A stretch of DNA of 64,000 nt from Balanoglossus misakiensis (Eukaryota; Animalia; Hemichordata): positions 6,944,001 through 7,008,000 of the forward strand of contig CM082590.2 of the NCBI GenBank assembly GCA_040954595.2. Direction: 5' to 3'. Below, one piece after another: positions 22,999-34,617 of this stretch (position 1 is the first letter of the stretch; each line of letters begins with the position of its first letter). A program made the translations under genes and the position numbers. The notes below the pieces were generated by a model, which was given only the letters and a program-made list of their open reading frames with translations, did no database searches and was not told the DNA's origin.

Positions 22999-23272
22999 CT
23001 GTTGGACATTCTACCCTATCATCATCACTGTCAATGCGACCAATGAATTGACCATCTGACTCATACTTCATCACTCTGTGATTATTGCCATCACACACAT
23101 ACACGTTGCCATCACTGTCATGTGATATCCCCAGGGGGTTCCTCATGTGATTATCACCTGACCCTTCACTTCCAAAGCTGTACAGATATCCACCCTCAGC
23201 ATCAAACACTTGAATGCGGTGATTGTCTTTATCTGATACAAACACTTTCCCTGCAGCATCAATACTGATGCC
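22999..23272 (-). pseudogene. Inverted orphan fragment of a TRIM-NHL gene (blades 4-6, about 91 codons)
   Basis: Minus strand reads GISIDAAGKVFVSDKDNHRIQ...DDDRVECPT, embedded in plus-oriented spacer; junction microhomologies CTGT (22999-23002) and ATGCC (23268-23272). Confidence 0.92.
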
Positions 23273-24487
23273 AAACTTGAACCCCATAATTAGGTGTAAG
23301 CCTACAGTGTTTGAGTGAAGGCCCTGTCATTATGTGCACGCTCTTTTTGCTTTCAATTTACATTTAATGCTGCATTCATTCAAAACAATTAAACTTAATA
23401 ACTGCGTTACTATTCACTCCATGCAGGCCTATGTATTTGTAAACAAAAAGTGAAACTAAGAATATTGGATCGTGAGCTCCCTGTGGTTTGAGAAATCTGA
23501 CAAGCCTTGTACAGAGAGAAGAGACAAATGTATAGAAACACAGTTTTCTAAAGATTGACCGATATTTGCATCCAACGTCCAACCTGTTTTAGTGACGTAG
23601 ACACTCAGCATAGGGCTGAAGTGGCGAGCGACCTCTGGGTCGAGCGTCATAGACAGTACGAGACATTGCCATGGAAACAGTGAGTAAAACGACACAAGCG
23701 GTTGACGATAGTCTACGTCCACTAAGTATCGCAGAAAATAATTCTTTGGAGAATTCATTCATGTGTGTGGTCTGTTCCTGAATGGGTTTTTGAATACTCA
23801 ACGTGAGAGTTCAAACGAGGTCAGGGCTCTTTGAGTGTTCAATTCTGTTCACACCACAGGCGCTGGTAATATTCTTGTGATAGTAATCTTTATGTCTTTA
23901 TGACTTTTCAATTAAATATAAAACATGGCCATAGCCACTTGGTCGTTTATACTTGTACAGTACTATCATGAACTATGATTTTGTATTAAATAGGCAAGTC
24001 ATAAAGACATTCTACATATATGACTATGACAACATTATTACCAGCGCCTGTGGTTCACACTAGACTATGGGCTGGGGACTATGTGTCAGATATATAATGG
24101 TTCTTTGATCAAAACCATCAAAAATAACTTTCTGGAACACATTTCATTTCATTTTCCGGACGAATACTGTGTCAGATATACAAATAGTTCCAAAAGATCA
24201 ATGTAATGCTATCTAATCAATCTCCCAGACCCCCACCCACCACAGTTATCAAGTGGTCCAGCCGTTAGTTCAAACGAGGTCATCGTTATCGCTCATTCAC
24301 TTCTGTTCACACTAGACTATGCACAGGGGACAGGGCTTATCATATACGCGTGTCAAACCTTTGACAGTTCAGTAAACATTGCAGTACAGGGAACAGGTAT
24401 ATACACCAGACTTTGTGGAATCGTGTCACATGATTTCTGTACTGGTACACACAGGTACAGAAAGGCGTTCACCTCACATCAACAGCT

Positions 24488-26713
24488 ATGGCAGCCAAAG
24501 AGTCCAAGTTCTTGGCGGAAATCGACACTAATTTTCTCTCCTGTACTATCTGCTCGGAGCGATACAAGAATGCTAAACAGCTACCGTGTCTGCACAGCTT
24601 CTGCGAGCCGTGTCTGGGGAAGCTGGCAGAGAAAAGTAGCGTCATAGCCTGTCCAATATGTCGGCGTTCATACCAACTTCCTGATAGTGGCGTGGCAGGT
24701 ATCGGTGGCAATGCATTCGTCAACGAATTGGTGGAACTGTTTGGAAAACGCGAAGAGGGAACCAACAGGTCCAGAAAATGCGAGAGCTGTGATCAGAATG
24801 AGATTACAAATCATTGCATCGAGTGTGATGTTAATATGTGTAGTGTCTGCGCTGTTCCACATTCTCGCTTGAAGGTGACAAAATCACACCGTCTGATGAC
24901 CTTGGAAGAGTTTGAGTCTGCAAAGTCCGCTGACCTCGCTTCAGTTCAGCCACCGATCTACTGTTCTGCTCACCCTAACAACGAAGTCGAATTCTACTGC
25001 GACACGTGCGACAAAGCTATCTGTCTCAAATGCACGGCTATAGATCATCCAATCACCGAGCATAAATACAGATACTTGAAAGACGCAGCCACTGAATACT
25101 GCAAAGATCTGACAGAAGTAATCGACAAAGTGAAAGTGAAAGAAGACGAAGCCAGCCACAGCAAAGCCATTGTCACGGAGACGGCCGAATCCCTCGACAG
25201 CTGTTATCAGACAGAGAACAAGAAAATGAAAGAACACATCCAGAAAACAATCGATGACGTCACTCGCATGATTCGTGAAAATGGTGACACACTTCTTGGA
25301 GAGCTGAAAGATGAATACGACAGAAGGAAAGTCAACTTACATGCACAACTGAAAGAACTGGAGTTTGCAGAGAGTGACATGTCAAATGCAAGAGAGTATG
25401 CTGAGAAACTGATGCATTTTGGGAATGCAGCGCAGTTGATGTCAGCCAGGAAAGGGATTGCCACTCAAATGGAAGAATTGCTGAGAATGGAGACGAAAAT
25501 TGACCCGACTGAGACTGGCTACATGGAGTTCAAACCATGTGATGATTTCTGTAAAACAAAAGCTGTGGGTGTAATATCCATATCCCCGGTCACAGCTGAT
25601 AACTGCAGTCTTGTTGATGTTCCCGAATTTGCCAGAGTTGATGAAGATATCACCGTCACCCTAGCAACAGAGGTCAAGCAGAGAAAAGAAACGCACGAAG
25701 AAGTAGAAGTAGAGGCAGTCTTGAAGAAACCAGACAACAGCCAAGAAGACATGGAAACAACAAATAATGGTGATGGAACATGGAGTTTGAAAACCCGTGC
25801 CAAGATGACAGGAAATCAGGAAGTCTCAGTGTCGGTATCCAAGAAACCAGTCAAAGGGTCACCAGTTACAATCAATGTTATTCCACAGAAAGGTTTGATT
25901 TGTAAATTTGGTCAGAAAGAGTCGGGAGTAGGGCAGTTGGATTATCCAGGGGGAGTCATGGCAACCAGGGATGGCAATGTTAGGGTGTGTGATAGTGATA
26001 ATAATAGATTACAGACATTCACCCAACATGGCCAACAAAGATGTACAACCACGTTCAGTAATATTTCAACCAAAGTTAGTCCACGGTTTTCAGCTGCATC
26101 AGAGGATGGAAGTATCTTTACTACTGATTACAGTGGTAACCAAGTAATCGTGCATGATGAGAATGGTAGAGTGATGCGTTGTTTTGGCAAAGGTGTGATT
26201 CAATCCCCGCTCGGAATTGCGATACATCCTGTCAATGGGAGGGTCTATGTTGTCGATTGTAGGGGTCACTGTGTACACATCTACAACCAAAATGGTGATC
26301 ATTACAAGTCTTTTGGCACTCGAGGTCAAAGTCAAGGTCAGATGTCCTCCCCTATAGGCATCAGTATTGATGCTGCAGGGAAAGTGTTTGTATCAGATCA
26401 ATGCAAACACCGTATTCAAGTGTTTGATGCTGAGGGTGGATATCTGTACAGCTTTGGAAGTGAAGGGTCAGGTGATAATCAGATGAGTTGCCCCCAGGGG
26501 ATATCACATGACAGTGATGGCAACGTGTATGTGTGTGATCACTATAATCACAGAGTGATGAAGTATGAGTCAGATGGTCAATTCATTGGTCGCATTGACA
26601 GTGATGGTAATAGGGTAGGAAATCCGCAAGGTATCTGTGTGACCGATGACAAGCCATTTGGCAATGTTATCGTGTCTAGTTGGGACCATTATGTGAAGGT
26701 GTTTGCTCAGTGA
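24488..26713 (+). CDS. TRIM-NHL protein, array copy 5 (741 aa)
   Basis: Intact ORF, same architecture. Confidence 0.95.
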   Translation: MAAKESKFLAEIDTNFLSCTICSERYKNAKQLPCLHSFCEPCLGKLAEKSSVIACPICRRSYQLPDSGVAGIGGNAFVNELVELFGKREEGTNRSRKCESCDQNEITNHCIECDVNMCSVCAVPHSRLKVTKSHRLMTLEEFESAKSADLASVQPPIYCSAHPNNEVEFYCDTCDKAICLKCTAIDHPITEHKYRYLKDAATEYCKDLTEVIDKVKVKEDEASHSKAIVTETAESLDSCYQTENKKMKEHIQKTIDDVTRMIRENGDTLLGELKDEYDRRKVNLHAQLKELEFAESDMSNAREYAEKLMHFGNAAQLMSARKGIATQMEELLRMETKIDPTETGYMEFKPCDDFCKTKAVGVISISPVTADNCSLVDVPEFARVDEDITVTLATEVKQRKETHEEVEVEAVLKKPDNSQEDMETTNNGDGTWSLKTRAKMTGNQEVSVSVSKKPVKGSPVTINVIPQKGLICKFGQKESGVGQLDYPGGVMATRDGNVRVCDSDNNRLQTFTQHGQQRCTTTFSNISTKVSPRFSAASEDGSIFTTDYSGNQVIVHDENGRVMRCFGKGVIQSPLGIAIHPVNGRVYVVDCRGHCVHIYNQNGDHYKSFGTRGQSQGQMSSPIGISIDAAGKVFVSDQCKHRIQVFDAEGGYLYSFGSEGSGDNQMSCPQGISHDSDGNVYVCDHYNHRVMKYESDGQFIGRIDSDGNRVGNPQGICVTDDKPFGNVIVSSWDHYVKVFAQ

Positions 26714-28833
26714 AGTGAGAGTGAAGTGTGGAAGGAAATCAAAATGGCGAGACATGCCAACAGAGAACGCCTTCCTGTGTTTGTTGTGAAGACATAAAAT
26801 CATAGCAACACAAGAAAAACAAGTATATACGCTAAAATTCACCAATATTGCCGATAACATTGAATCAGTCATACTTAGAACCGATGGACCTCACAAATTC
26901 TAAACTGTATTTTTTTATAGTTAAAGTGTCATGATTTTTTTGCAAGTTAAAACAGAACAAGATAACCAGGGAAAAGAATTCTTATTGTAACACATGATAA
27001 TATTAATTGCTGAATGTAGTCAATGTTAGTCTTCTGATAATGAAAGCGTACTTAGCCGCTAATTAATTTGAGAGGAATCAATGTTGGCAGCTGATTTTTT
27101 GAGGTAGAATGTTTCATTTCTGTGTGGGTTGTAATTTTTTTTATATATCTCTAGTGAATTTGTATAATTTGTATATTTTATGATGTTTGCTATATAAACA
27201 AGAATGTACATGTATGTTCAAAATTTGTACTTTTATAACATTTTATAAATTTGAAACTGTAATATCCTGCAAATGATTTTATAATCAGTATACATATATT
27301 TGCTACCTATTCAAATAACAGTACTAAACATGTAATATATTTGATTTGGTTATATTTGTACAATATTTGTGCTTGTCACATTTTATGAGTTTGAAACTAT
27401 CTCATCCTACAAATGATTTATAATCAGTTCATCTCTGCTACATTTTTGAATAACAATACGAAACCTGGAGTGTGTTTGATTTGATTTTTTCAAAAATTTG
27501 ATTATTAAAGAGATTTGATTTGCAAATCCAGAATATTTGTCAATGAGTCACTACTCACTGTGAAGAGAGGATTGTGTGGGGTTGAAGAACAATTTTGGAG
27601 CGATGAAACAGGCTGACTGAATTCTTATATGAATGCTGTTCCCATTTTCAAACTAGTTTAAAATGTTAAATGAAAATTAGAACAGTATAGGGCGTACACA
27701 AGATGCCCGGGTCTGTACTCAAAAACGACGGTTATGAGACGCACTGTTAATTTTCGTGTCATTGGCAGGATTGAGCTTGTGTGTGTGTTTGTGTGTGCGT
27801 GCATTTGTGTGTGTATTTGTGTGTGTGTGTGTGCGTGTGCGTCTGTGTATATGTGTGTGTGTTCGTGTGTGTGTGTGCATTTGTGTGCGTGTGTGTGTGT
27901 GCATGTGTGTGTGCGTGTGCGTCTGTGTATTTGTGTGTGTGTGTATATGTGTGTGTGTTCGTGTGTGTGTGTGTGCATTTGTGTGCGTGTGTGTGTGTGC
28001 ATGTGTGTGTGCGTGTGCGTCTGTGTATTTGTGTGTGTGTGTATATGTATGTGTGTGCGTGTGTGTGCGTGTGTGCGTCCGTGCATGCCAAACTTGAACC
28101 CCATAATTAGGTGTAAGCCTACAGTGTTTGAGTGAAGGCCCTGTCATTATGTGCACGCTCTTTTTGCTTTCAATTTACATTTAATGCTGCATTCATTCAA
28201 AACAATTCAACTTTATACCTGCGTTGCTATTCACTCCATGCAGGCCTATGTATTGGTAAACAAAAAGTGAAACTAAGAATATTGGATCGTGAGCTCCCTG
28301 TGGTTTGAGAAATCTGGCAAGCCTTACACAGAGAGAAGAGACAAATGTATAGAAACACAGTTTTCTAAAGATTGACCGATATTTGCATCCAACGTCCAAC
28401 CTGTTTTAGTGACATAGGCATTCAGCATAGGGCTGAAGTGGCGAGAAACCTCTGGGTCGAGCGTCATTGACGCGTAACATTGCCATGGAAACAATGAGTA
28501 AAATGACACAAGCGGCCGACGATAGTCTACGTCCACCAAGTATCGCAGAAAATAATTCTATGGAGAATTCATTCATGTTTGTGGTCTTTTCCTGAATGGG
28601 TTTTTGAATACTCAACGTGAGAGTTCAAACGAGGTCAGGGCTCTTTGCGCGTTCAATTCTGTTCACACCACAGGCGCTCTGTGATATTCTTGTGATAGTA
28701 ATCTTTATGTCTTTATTACTTTTCAATTAAATAAAAAACATGGCCATAGCCACTCAGTTGTTTATACTTGTACAGTACTATCATGTACTATGATTCTGTA
28801 TTTAATAGGCAAGTCATAAAGACATTCTACATA

Positions 28834-29326
28834 TAACACGTTCCGAACTAATTTCGGAATTCCACATTCCGAAAAAATTATCTGTTCTATTTGCATATAC
28901 TTAATAGAATGAGTGTACAATACTTAGAGGTTTACAAATGTGACATTGGATTTACATTTGTCATCCTTTATTTTGCGCCAGACCTTCCCAAAAATGTGTG
29001 ATCAGTGTAAAATTCAGCTGAACTTTCCAGGGATCACACAAATCAGTGAAAAATTCAGCTGACTTTTTACTGAAAGACTTTGTTCATCAAAAAATTCAGC
29101 TGAATTTTTTACTGATTTGTGTGATCCCTGGAAAATTCAGCTGAATTTTTTACTGAACATGAGGCCTAAAGCGGCTTTTTGGGGGATGATAATGACCTTA
29201 AAAAGCAAACAATGATAAAAACATGTCCAATAAATAGTAACACTTATATCTGATGAAAAATTTCTAAAATTTAAAAGGAATTCCGAAAATTGTCTGGAAA
29301 TTCCGAAATTAGTTCGGAACGTGTTA
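28834..29326. mobile_element. About 490-bp MITE inserted only in the copy-6 upstream region
   Basis: TIRs AACACGTTCCGAACTAATTTCGGAAT / ATTCCGAAATTAGTTCGGAACGTGTT; empty site CATATATG in all other units; TA (or ATAT) duplication; internal hairpin at about 29010-29150. Confidence 0.88.
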
Positions 29327-29795
29327 TATATGACTATCACAACATTATTACCAGCGCCTGTGGTTCACACTAGACTATGTGCTGGGGACTATATGTCAGA
29401 TATATAATGGTTCTTTGATCAAAACCTCCAAAAATAAGTTTCTGGAACACATATGTTTCATTTTCCGGACGCATACCGTGTCAGATATACAATAGTTCCA
29501 TGAGAACAATGTAATGCTATCTAATCAATATCCCAGACCCCCACCCACCACAGTTATCAAGTGGTCCAGCCGTTAGTTCAAACGAGGTCATCGCTATTGC
29601 TCATTCACTTCTGTTCACACTAGACTCTGCACAGGGGACAGGGCTTATCATATACGCGTGCCAAACCTTTGACAGTTCAGTAAACATTGCACTACGGGGA
29701 ACAGGTATATATACCAGACTTTGTGGAATCGCGTCACATGATTTCTGTACTTGTACACACAGGTACAGAAAGGCGTTCACCTCACATCAACAGCT

Positions 29796-32027
29796 ATGGC
29801 AGCCAAAGAGTCCAAGTTCTTGGCGGAAATCGACACTAATTTTCTCTCCTGTACTATCTGCTCGGAGCGATACAAGAATGCTAAACAGCTACCGTGTCTG
29901 CACAGCTTCTGCGAGCCGTGTCTGGGGAAGCTGGCAGAGAAAAGTAGCGTCATAGCCTGTCCAATATGTCGGCGTTCATACCAACTTCCTGATAGTGGCG
30001 TGGCAGGTATCGGTGGCAATGCATTCGTCAACGAATTGGTGGAAGTGTTTAGAAAACGCGAAGAGGGAACCAACAGGTCCAGAAAATGTGAGAGCTGTGA
30101 TCAGAATGAGATTACAAATCATTGCATCGAGTGTGATGTTAATATGTGCAGTAACTGCGCTCTTGCACATACTCGCTTCAAGGTGACAAAATCACACCGT
30201 CTGATGACCTTGGAAGAGTTCGAGTCTGCAAAGTCCGCTGACCTCGCTTCAGTTCAGCCACCGATCTACTGTTCTGCTCACCCTAACTACGAAGTCGAAT
30301 TCTACTGTGACACGTGCGACAAAGCTATCTGTCTCAAATGCACGGCTATAGATCATCCCCGACCCGAGCATAAATACAGATACTTGAAAGACGCAGCCAC
30401 TGAATACTGCAAAGATCTGACAGAAGTAATCGACAAAGTGAAAGTGAAAGAAGACGAAGCCAGCAACAGCACAGCCGTCGTCACGGAGACGGCTGAATCT
30501 CTCGACAGCTGTTATCAGACAGAGAACAAGAAAATGAAAGAACACATCCAGAAAACAATCGATGACGTCACTCGCATGATTCGTGAAAATGGTGACAAAC
30601 TTCTTGGAGAGCTGAAAGATGAATACGATAGAAGGAAAGTCAACTTAAATGCACAACTGAAAGAACTGGAGTTTGCAGAGAGTGACATGTCAAATGCAAG
30701 AGAGTATGCTGAGAAACTGATGCATTTTGGGAATGCAGCGCAGTTGATGTCAGCCAGGAAAGGGATTGCCACTCAAATGGAAGAATTGCTGAGAATGGAG
30801 ACGAAAATTGACCCGACTGAGACTGACTACATGGAGTTCAAACCATGTGATGATTTCTGTAGAACAAAAACTGTGGGTGTAATATCCACATGCCTGATCA
30901 CAGCTGATAACTGCAGTCTTGTTGATGTTCCCGAATTTGCGAGAGTTGATGAAGATATCACCATCACCCTAGCAACAGAGGTCAAGCAGAGAAAAACAGC
31001 GCACGAAGAAGTAGAAGTAGAGGCAGTCTTGAAGAAACCAGACGACAGCCAAGAAGACATGGAAACAACAAATAATGGTGATGGAACATGGAGTTTGAAA
31101 ACCCGTGCCAAGATGACAGGAAATCATGAAGTCTCAGTGTCGGTATCCAAGAAACCAGTCAAAGGGTCACCAGTTACAATCAATGTTATTCCACAGAAAG
31201 GTTTGATTTGTAAATTTGGTCAGAAAGGGTCAGGAGTGGGGCGGTTCAATGATCCATGGGGAGTCATGGCAACCAGGGATGGCAATGTTAGGGTGTGTGA
31301 TAGTGATAATAATAGATTACAGACATTCACACAACATGGCCAACATAGATGTACAACCACGTTCAGTAATATTTCAACCAAAGTTCGTCCACGGTTTTCA
31401 GCTGCATCAGAGGATGGAAGTACATGTATCTTTACTACCGATGGCAGTGGTAAGCAAGTAATCGTGCATGATGAGAATGGTAGAGTGATACGTTGTTTCG
31501 GCAAAGGTGTGATTCAATCCCCGCTCGGAATTGCGATACATCCTGTCAATGGGAGGGTCTATGTTGTCGATTGTGGGGGTCACTGTGTACACATCTACAA
31601 CAAAAATGGTGATCATTACAAGTCTTTTGGCACTTATGGTCAAAGTCAAGGTCAGATGTACGACCCTATAGGCATCAGTATTGATGCTGCAGGGAAAGTG
31701 TTTGTATCAGATCAAAACAATCACCGTATTCAAGTGTTTGATGCTGAGGGTGGATATCTGTACAGCTTTGGAAGTGAAGGGTCAGGTGATAATCAGATGA
31801 GTGGGCCCCAGGGGATATCACATGACAGTGATGGCAACGTGTATGTGTGTGATAACTGGAATAACAGAGTGATGAAGTATGAGGCAGATGGTCAATTCAT
31901 TGGTCGCATTGACAGTGATGATGATAGGGTAGAATCTCCAGCAGGTATCTGTGTGACCGATGACAAGCCATTTGGCAATGTTATCGTGTCTAGTTGGAAC
32001 AGATATGTGAAGGTGTTTGCTCAGTGA
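29796..32027 (+). CDS. TRIM-NHL protein, array copy 6 (743 aa from MAAKES)
   Basis: Intact ORF. The ATG at 29796 is homologous to the start of all other copies; the ORF-track start at 29751 is a TTG. Confidence 0.93.
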   Translation: MAAKESKFLAEIDTNFLSCTICSERYKNAKQLPCLHSFCEPCLGKLAEKSSVIACPICRRSYQLPDSGVAGIGGNAFVNELVEVFRKREEGTNRSRKCESCDQNEITNHCIECDVNMCSNCALAHTRFKVTKSHRLMTLEEFESAKSADLASVQPPIYCSAHPNYEVEFYCDTCDKAICLKCTAIDHPRPEHKYRYLKDAATEYCKDLTEVIDKVKVKEDEASNSTAVVTETAESLDSCYQTENKKMKEHIQKTIDDVTRMIRENGDKLLGELKDEYDRRKVNLNAQLKELEFAESDMSNAREYAEKLMHFGNAAQLMSARKGIATQMEELLRMETKIDPTETDYMEFKPCDDFCRTKTVGVISTCLITADNCSLVDVPEFARVDEDITITLATEVKQRKTAHEEVEVEAVLKKPDDSQEDMETTNNGDGTWSLKTRAKMTGNHEVSVSVSKKPVKGSPVTINVIPQKGLICKFGQKGSGVGRFNDPWGVMATRDGNVRVCDSDNNRLQTFTQHGQHRCTTTFSNISTKVRPRFSAASEDGSTCIFTTDGSGKQVIVHDENGRVIRCFGKGVIQSPLGIAIHPVNGRVYVVDCGGHCVHIYNKNGDHYKSFGTYGQSQGQMYDPIGISIDAAGKVFVSDQNNHRIQVFDAEGGYLYSFGSEGSGDNQMSGPQGISHDSDGNVYVCDNWNNRVMKYEADGQFIGRIDSDDDRVESPAGICVTDDKPFGNVIVSSWNRYVKVFAQ

Positions 32028-34617
32028 AGTGAGAGTGAAGTGTGGAAGGAAATCAAAATGGCGAGACATGCTAACAGAGAACGCCCTCCTGTGTTTGTTG
32101 TGAAAACATAAAACCATAGTAACACAATAAAAACAAGTACATACGCTAAAATACACCAATATTGCCGATATATTGAATCAGTCCATTACTTAGAAACCAT
32201 AGACCTCACAAATTCTAACCTTTATTATTTTTTATAATTAAAGTGTCTTAACTTTTTTCAAGTTTAAGCAGAACTAGATCTCCATGGAAAAGAAATCTTA
32301 TTGTAACAAATGATGATTTCAATTGCTGAATATTGACTTTGAATAATAATTTTTAAACAAAAAAGACAATGTCAGTCTTCTGATAATGAAAGCGTATTTA
32401 ACCGCCAATTAATTTGAGTTTGGTAGCTGATTTTTTTTGAGGTAGAATGTTACATTTCTGTGTGGGTTGTAACTTTTTCTAATACATCTCTAGATTTCTC
32501 TGAGAATTTGTATAATTTGTATATTTTATGATGTTTACTATATAAACAAGAATGTATATTTGTTCAATATTTGTACTTGTATCATTTTATAAATTTGAAA
32601 CTGTATTTTCCTGGAAATGATAATTATAATCAGTACATATATCTACTACCTACATTTGTATTCGAATGACAATACTAAACATATAATATGTTTGATTTAA
32701 TTATGTGTGTATAATATTTGTGTTTACAACATTTTATGAGTTTGAAACTCTCTCATCCTACAAGAGATTTTATAATCAGTACATATATTTGCTACCTATT
32801 CGAATAACAGTACTAAACATGTAATTTGTTTGATTTGATTATGTTTGTACAATATTTGTGCTTGCAACATTTTATGAGTTTGAAACTCTCTCATCCTACA
32901 AGTGATTTTATGATCAGTTCATCTCTGCTACATTTTTGGATAACAATACGAAACTTGGAGTGTGTTTGATTTGATTTTTTTCCAAAATTTGATTATTAAA
33001 GATATTTGATTTGAAAATCCAGAATATTTGTCAATGAGTCACTACTCACTGTGAAGAGAGGATTGTGTGGGGTTGAAGAACAATTTTGGAGCGATAAAAC
33101 GGGCTGACTGAATTCTTATATGAATGCAGTGCCAATTTTCAAACAAGTATTAATTGTTAAATGAAAACTAGAACAGTATAGGGCGTACACAAGATGCCTG
33201 AGTCTGTACTCAAAACGACGGTTATGAGACGCACTGTCAATTTTTGTGTCATTGGCAGGATTGAGCTTGTGTGTGTGTTTGTGTGTGCGTGCATTTGTGT
33301 GTGTGTGTTTGTGTGTGCGTGTGTGTGTGGATGTGTGTGTGTGTGTGTGTATATATGTGTGTGTGTGTGTGTGTGTGTATGTGTGTGTGTGCGTCCGTGC
33401 ATGCCAAACTTGAACCCCATAATTAGGTGTAAGCCTACAGTGTTTGAGTGAAGGCCCTATCATTATGTGCACGCTCTTTTTGCTTTCAATTTACATTTTA
33501 TGCTGCATTCATACAAAACAATTAAACTTTATACCTGCGTTGCTATTCACTCCATGCAGGCCTATGTATTTGTAAACAAAAAGTGAAACTAAGAATATTG
33601 GATCGTGAGCTCCCTGTGGTTTGAGAAATCTGGCAAGCCTTGTACAGAGAGAAGAGACAAATGTATAGAAACACAGTTTTCTAAAGATTGACCGATATTT
33701 GCATCCAACGTCCAACTTGTTTTAGTGACGTAGGCATTCAGCATAGGGCTGAAGTGGCGAGCGACCTCTGGGTCGAGCGTCATAGACGCGTAAGATTGCC
33801 ATGGAAACAGTGAGCAAAACGGCACAAGCGACTGACGGTAATCTACGTCCACAAAGTATCACAAAAAATAATTCTTTGGAGAATTGATTAATGTTTGTGG
33901 TCTGTTCCTGAATGGGTTTTTGAATACTCAACGCGAGAGTTCAAACGAGGTCATGGCTCTTTGCGCGTTCAATTCTGTTCACACCACAGGCGCTGGTAAT
34001 ATTCTTGTGATAGTAATCTTTATGTCTTTATGACTTTTCAGTTCAATAAAAAACATGGCCATAGCCACTTGGTTGTTTATACTTGTACAGTACTATCATG
34101 TACATTGATTCTGTATTTAATAGGCAAGTCATCAAGACATTCTACATATATGACTATCACAACAATATTACCAGCGCCTGTGGTTCACACTAGACTATGG
34201 GCTGGGGACTCTGTATCAGATATATAATGGTTCTTTGATCAAAAACACCAAAAATTACTTTCTGGAACACATTTCATTTCATTTTACGGAAGAATACTGT
34301 GTCAGATATAGAATAGTTCCATAAGAACAATGTAATGCTATCTAATCAATCTCCCAGACCCCCACCCACTACAGTTATCAAGTGGTCCAGCCGTTAGTTC
34401 AAACGAGGTCATCGTTATCGCTCATTCACTTCTGTTCACACTAGACTATGCACAGGGGACAGGGCTTATCATATACGCGTGTCAAACCTTTGACAGTTCA
34501 GTAAACATTGCACAACGGGGGAACAGGTATATACACCAGACTTTGTGGAATCGCGTCACATGATTTCTGTACTGGTACACACAGGTACAGAAAGGCGTTC
34601 ACCTCACATCAACAGCT

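Noticed and set aside
22999-23272. Diversity-generating retroelement (fragment as template repeat, NHL loops as variable repeat)
   Set aside because: No reverse transcriptase in the window, variation is not restricted to template adenines, adjacent AAT codons are invariant, and the fragment looks like just another allele.
29751-29795. N-terminal extension of copy 6
   Set aside because: Depends on a non-ATG (TTG) start created by one substitution; the homologous ATG is at 29796.
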